Origin: Octopus vulgaris
Lineage: Eukaryota
Direction of reading: 5' to 3'
Assembly: GCA_951406725.2 (NCBI GenBank)
Contig: OX597836.1
Coordinates: forward strand, 14,384,001 to 14,448,000
Length of the DNA: 64,000 nt
This document shows positions 59,220-64,000 of the stretch, in pieces. Positions within the stretch are counted from its first letter, which is position 1; each line of letters starts with the position of its first letter. Under the pieces are notes generated by a model. That model saw only the letters and a program-made list of their open reading frames with translations, was not told the DNA's origin and did no database searches. The position numbers and the translations under genes are program-made.

Positions 59220-59772
59220 ATTATTATTAATTAATTAATTTCTTTCTTTCTTTATTTATTTATTTCCTGGTCGAGAAAATAAGAACCACTTGAGTACTGG
59301 GATCGAAGTAATCGATAATCACCCTCCCCTAAAATTGCGGGCCTTGTGCAACTTTATTCTTTTTATCCATTTACCCTTTTACTTGTTTCAGTCATTTGAC
59401 TGCGGCCATGCTGGGGCACCACCCTGAAGGGTTTTTTTACTCAAGCAAATCATCCTCAGTACTTATTTTCTTTGTAAGCCTACTACTTATTCTATCGGTG
59501 CTTTTTTGCCGTACTGTTAAGTTACAGGAACATAACCACACCAACACCGATTGATAGAGGGACAAACACAGACACAAAGACATACACACATAGATATGTA
59601 CATGTATACCAGAGGCTTCTTTTAGTTTCCGTCTACCAAATCCTATCACAAGACTTTGGTCGGCCCGGGGCTATAGTAGAAGAGTCTCGCCCAAGGTACC
59701 ACGCAGTGGAACTGAACCCGAAACCATGTTGTTGGGAAGCAAGCTTCTTACCACACAGCCACATCTGCGCCT
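58190..59772. mobile_element. Cluster of SINE A (minus) and SINE C (plus) copies with (TTA)n tails
   Basis: A copies at 58190-58590 and 59375-59772; C copies at 58590-58740, 58960-59150 and 59265-59350. Confidence 0.8.
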
Positions 59773-60278
59773 ATATTTATTTATCTCGTTTTCTCTTATT
59801 CTGTTTCTCTTCCAAATCATTCGACTGTGGCCACGCTGGAGCCCGACTGCTACTTTTATTTATTTATTTATTTATTTATTTATTTTATCCTCTCCATCGA
59901 TCCGGGGCCTATTTTATCGATTTCTTCATAAAAACGAAACGCTTTGTCGTCTACATTTGCTGTAAAGGGAAATAACTCGGTCGGACTTGGCTATTTTTGT
60001 TCGGCCAATATTTTTCCTTGTTTCGTCTTGGCCAGCCGTCTTTGAGCAGAGCGTTCCACCTATGACCGTTCCGTCTATTTTGTAGGTGGAAAGGCAGTAC
60101 GCATCCATAACGACGTCAAGCAATGTGTCATTCTTTTGAAGATGATTATTATTTGTTATGAGTGAGATTTGGCTGCTATTTCTAGCACACCGACTGGCGG
60201 CGCAGGAGCTGCCACGTCGTTTGTTTAATCAGAGCTGAATTCTAATTAAGCAATCTTGACTTTTGATCAAAAGCTTTC

Positions 60279-60659
60279 CAGGCGCAGGAGTGGCTGTGTG
60301 GCAAGTAGCTTGCTTACAAACCTCATGGTTCCGGGTTCAGTCCCACAGCGTGGCACCTTGGGCAAGTGTCTTCTACTATAGCCTAGTGAGTGGATTTGGT
60401 ACACGGAAACTGAAAGAAGCCCGTCGTATATATGTATATATGTATATATGTATGTGTGTCTTGTTCCCCCAACATTGCTTGACAACCGATGCTGGTGTGT
60501 TTACATCCCCGTAACTTAGCGGTTCGGCAAAAGAGGCCGATAGAATAAGTACTAGGCTTCCAAAGAATAAGTCCCGAGGTCGATTTGCTCGACTAAAGGC
60601 GGTGCTCCAGCATGGCCACAGTCAAATGACTGAAACAAGTAAAAGAGTAAAAAGAGAAA

Positions 60660-60691
<32 letters not shown>

Positions 60692-60704
60692 TTTGTCTTT
60701 TTAC

Positions 60705-60768
<64 letters not shown>

Positions 60769-60968
60769 TCTCTTTACTCTTTTACTCTTTACTTGTTTCA
60801 GTCATTTGACTGCGGCCATGCTGGAGCACCGCCTTTAGTCGAGCAACTCGACCCCGGGACTTATTCTTTTGTAAGCCCAGTACTTATTCTATCGGTTTCT
60901 TTTGCCGAACCGCTACTTGACGGGGACGTAAACACACCAGCATTGGTTGTCAAGCAATGCCAAGGGGA

Positions 60969-61056
<88 letters not shown>

Positions 61057-61223
61057 CATATATACGACGGGCTTCTTTCAGTTTCCGCCTACCAAATCCA
61101 CTCACCAGATTTTGGTCAGCCCGAGGCAGTAGCAGAAGACACTTTCCCAAGATGCTACGCAGTGGGACTGAACCCGGAACCATGTGGCTGGTAAGCAAGC
61201 TACTTACCACACAGCCACTCCTA
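60279..61223. mobile_element. Tail-to-tail inverted pair of full-length SINE A copies
   Basis: Plus copy 60279-60660 and minus copy 60770-61223 separated by (TA)n. Confidence 0.9.
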
Positions 61224-61239
61224 TGTATATATATATACG

Positions 61240-62051
<812 letters not shown>

Positions 62052-62125
62052 AGACAGATGGATATATATATATGTATGTATAAATAAATATATATATATA
62101 AATATATGTATATGTATAGACAGAT

Positions 62126-62166
<41 letters not shown>

Positions 62167-62337
62167 TGTATAGATATACATACACACACATATGTATGGC
62201 ACTTATGACACATATACATGTATCCATGTGAGTAAAGTATGTTCAAGAAATGTCAAAATGTCTTCACAAAAGATGTCAAATCGCTCAACAATAAGCAGGG
62301 TCATTCACCCCTCCACATAGACACACACGCACGTGCA

Positions 62338-62377
<40 letters not shown>

Positions 62378-62456
62378 TGTGTACACATATGTAGTGGATT
62401 GAGTGTTTGCACAGACGCGCGCGCACACTCACACCACAGATATATATGTGTGTATG

Positions 62457-62519
<63 letters not shown>

Positions 62520-62533
62520 ACACAAACATACAC

Positions 62534-62586
<53 letters not shown>

Positions 62587-62864
62587 TGTACACACAAATA
62601 CGCACACACATATAAGTATGTATGTATATGTATATAATATATATATGCATACATACAAATGTACACACATGCACACCCACCACCCCATCACCTTCCACTG
62701 CCATTAAGGACCTCTTCTCTCCTCTTACTGCTCCTCCTCCTCCTCCTGCTCCTCCTCCCCCACCACCCACCCACTCTCCCACCCCTAAACAAACTTCTCA
62801 ATTATCAAAAATGAATGAACAGCTTCCATAGACAAACAGCGTTTTCTGCTAATGGACCGGATGG

Positions 62865-63205
62865 GACTGGTGGTGGTGGTGGTGGTGGTTGTGGTTGTGG
62901 TGGTAGTGGCGGGATGTTGTGGCGTTTGTGGTAGTGCTGATGGTGGTGGTGGTGGTGGTGGCAGCGGCGGTAGTTTTGGCGGCAGATGTGGCTGTGGCGG
63001 TGGCGGTGGTGGTACAGGTGATACATTTTGCTGGGGTAGGTAGTTGTTGTTGTTGTTGTGATGGTGGTGATGGCGCTGGTAGCGGTAGTAGTTCGATGTG
63101 GTAGTGGTACAGGTGGTAGTGGTGTGGTGCTAGTGGTGTGGTGCTAGTGCTGGTTCTTGGCGGTGCAGCTGGTGGTGGTAGCAGCACATGCAGCAGTAAC
63201 CGTAA

Positions 63206-63244
<39 letters not shown>

Positions 63245-63328
63245 CAGCAGTAGTAGTAGTAGTAGTAGTAGTAGTAGCAGCAGCAGCAGCAGCAGCAACA
63301 GCAGCTACTAGTAGTACTAGTAGCAGCA

Positions 63329-63389
<61 letters not shown>

Positions 63390-63808
63390 CGTTGGTGGCG
63401 GCGGTATTAGTGGTAGTATTGGTGATGGTCGTCATAGTGGTAGCATTATATTGTTGGTAGTGGTGTTGGCGGTAGTTGTGTTTGTGGTGGTGCTAATGCT
63501 ATTCGTTACTAGTGGAACTGATAGTGATGGTAGTGGTTGTGGTGGAGGCAGCTGCAGTGACTGCGGCGGTGGTGGTGATTGTGGTGAAGGTGGTGTTCTT
63601 CGCTGTAGTGGTGGTGGTTGTGGTGGTGGTGGTGGTGGTGGTGGTAGTAGTTGTGGTGGTGGTGGTGGTAGTGGTGGTGGTTTAGTGGTGGTCACCATTT
63701 TGGTGGAAGTGGAAATGGTCGTGGTTGTAGAAGCAGTGGCGGCGGTGGTAGTGGTGGTGGTGGTGGTGGTGGTGGTTGTGGTTGTGGTGGTGGTGGTGGT
63801 GGTAGTTG

Positions 63809-63839
<31 letters not shown>

Positions 63840-64000
63840 GGTAGTTGTGGTGGTGGTGGTGGTGGTGGTAGTTGTGGTGGTGGTGGAGGTAGTTGTGGCG
63901 GTAGTAGTGGTGGTGGTGGAAGTGGTGGTAGTTGTGGTGGTGGTGGTGGTGGTGGTAGTTGTGGCGGTGGTGGTGGTGGTGGTGGTAGTTGTGGTGGTAG
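62865..64000. repeat. Long degenerate (GGT)n/(AGT)n/(AGC)n array
   Basis: Directly visible. Confidence 0.93.

Overview
Eukaryotic, very microsatellite-rich genomic DNA. The tRNA-derived SINE families look like those of Octopus; this is recognition from memory, not a database hit. The only real protein-coding gene is a minus-strand doublesex/mab-3 (DM-domain) transcription factor of the Dmrt93B type. Its first coding exon is 49992-49344, with a GTAAGT donor. A phase-compatible acceptor and exon sit at the left edge (47-1), implying a ~49.3 kb intron that fills most of the window. The rest is microsatellites, three SINE families, decayed Tc1 and maT-like transposons, MITEs, Helentron/DINE-like elements, CR1-, RTE- and R4/Dong-like LINE fragments, and a 2.29 kb tandem duplication. 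The most interesting signal is a diverse set of short non-coding inserts in or beside (TA)n tracts. Many are long fold-back palindromes, and many carry minimal type-I hammerhead ribozyme motifs with palindromic stem III (best at 36529-36615, 47492-47535 and 47986-48025). I interpret these as Penelope-like/retrozyme-like retroelement termini. Several lie on the sense strand of the Dmrt intron. Nearly all other ORFs in the track are repeat-derived artefacts.
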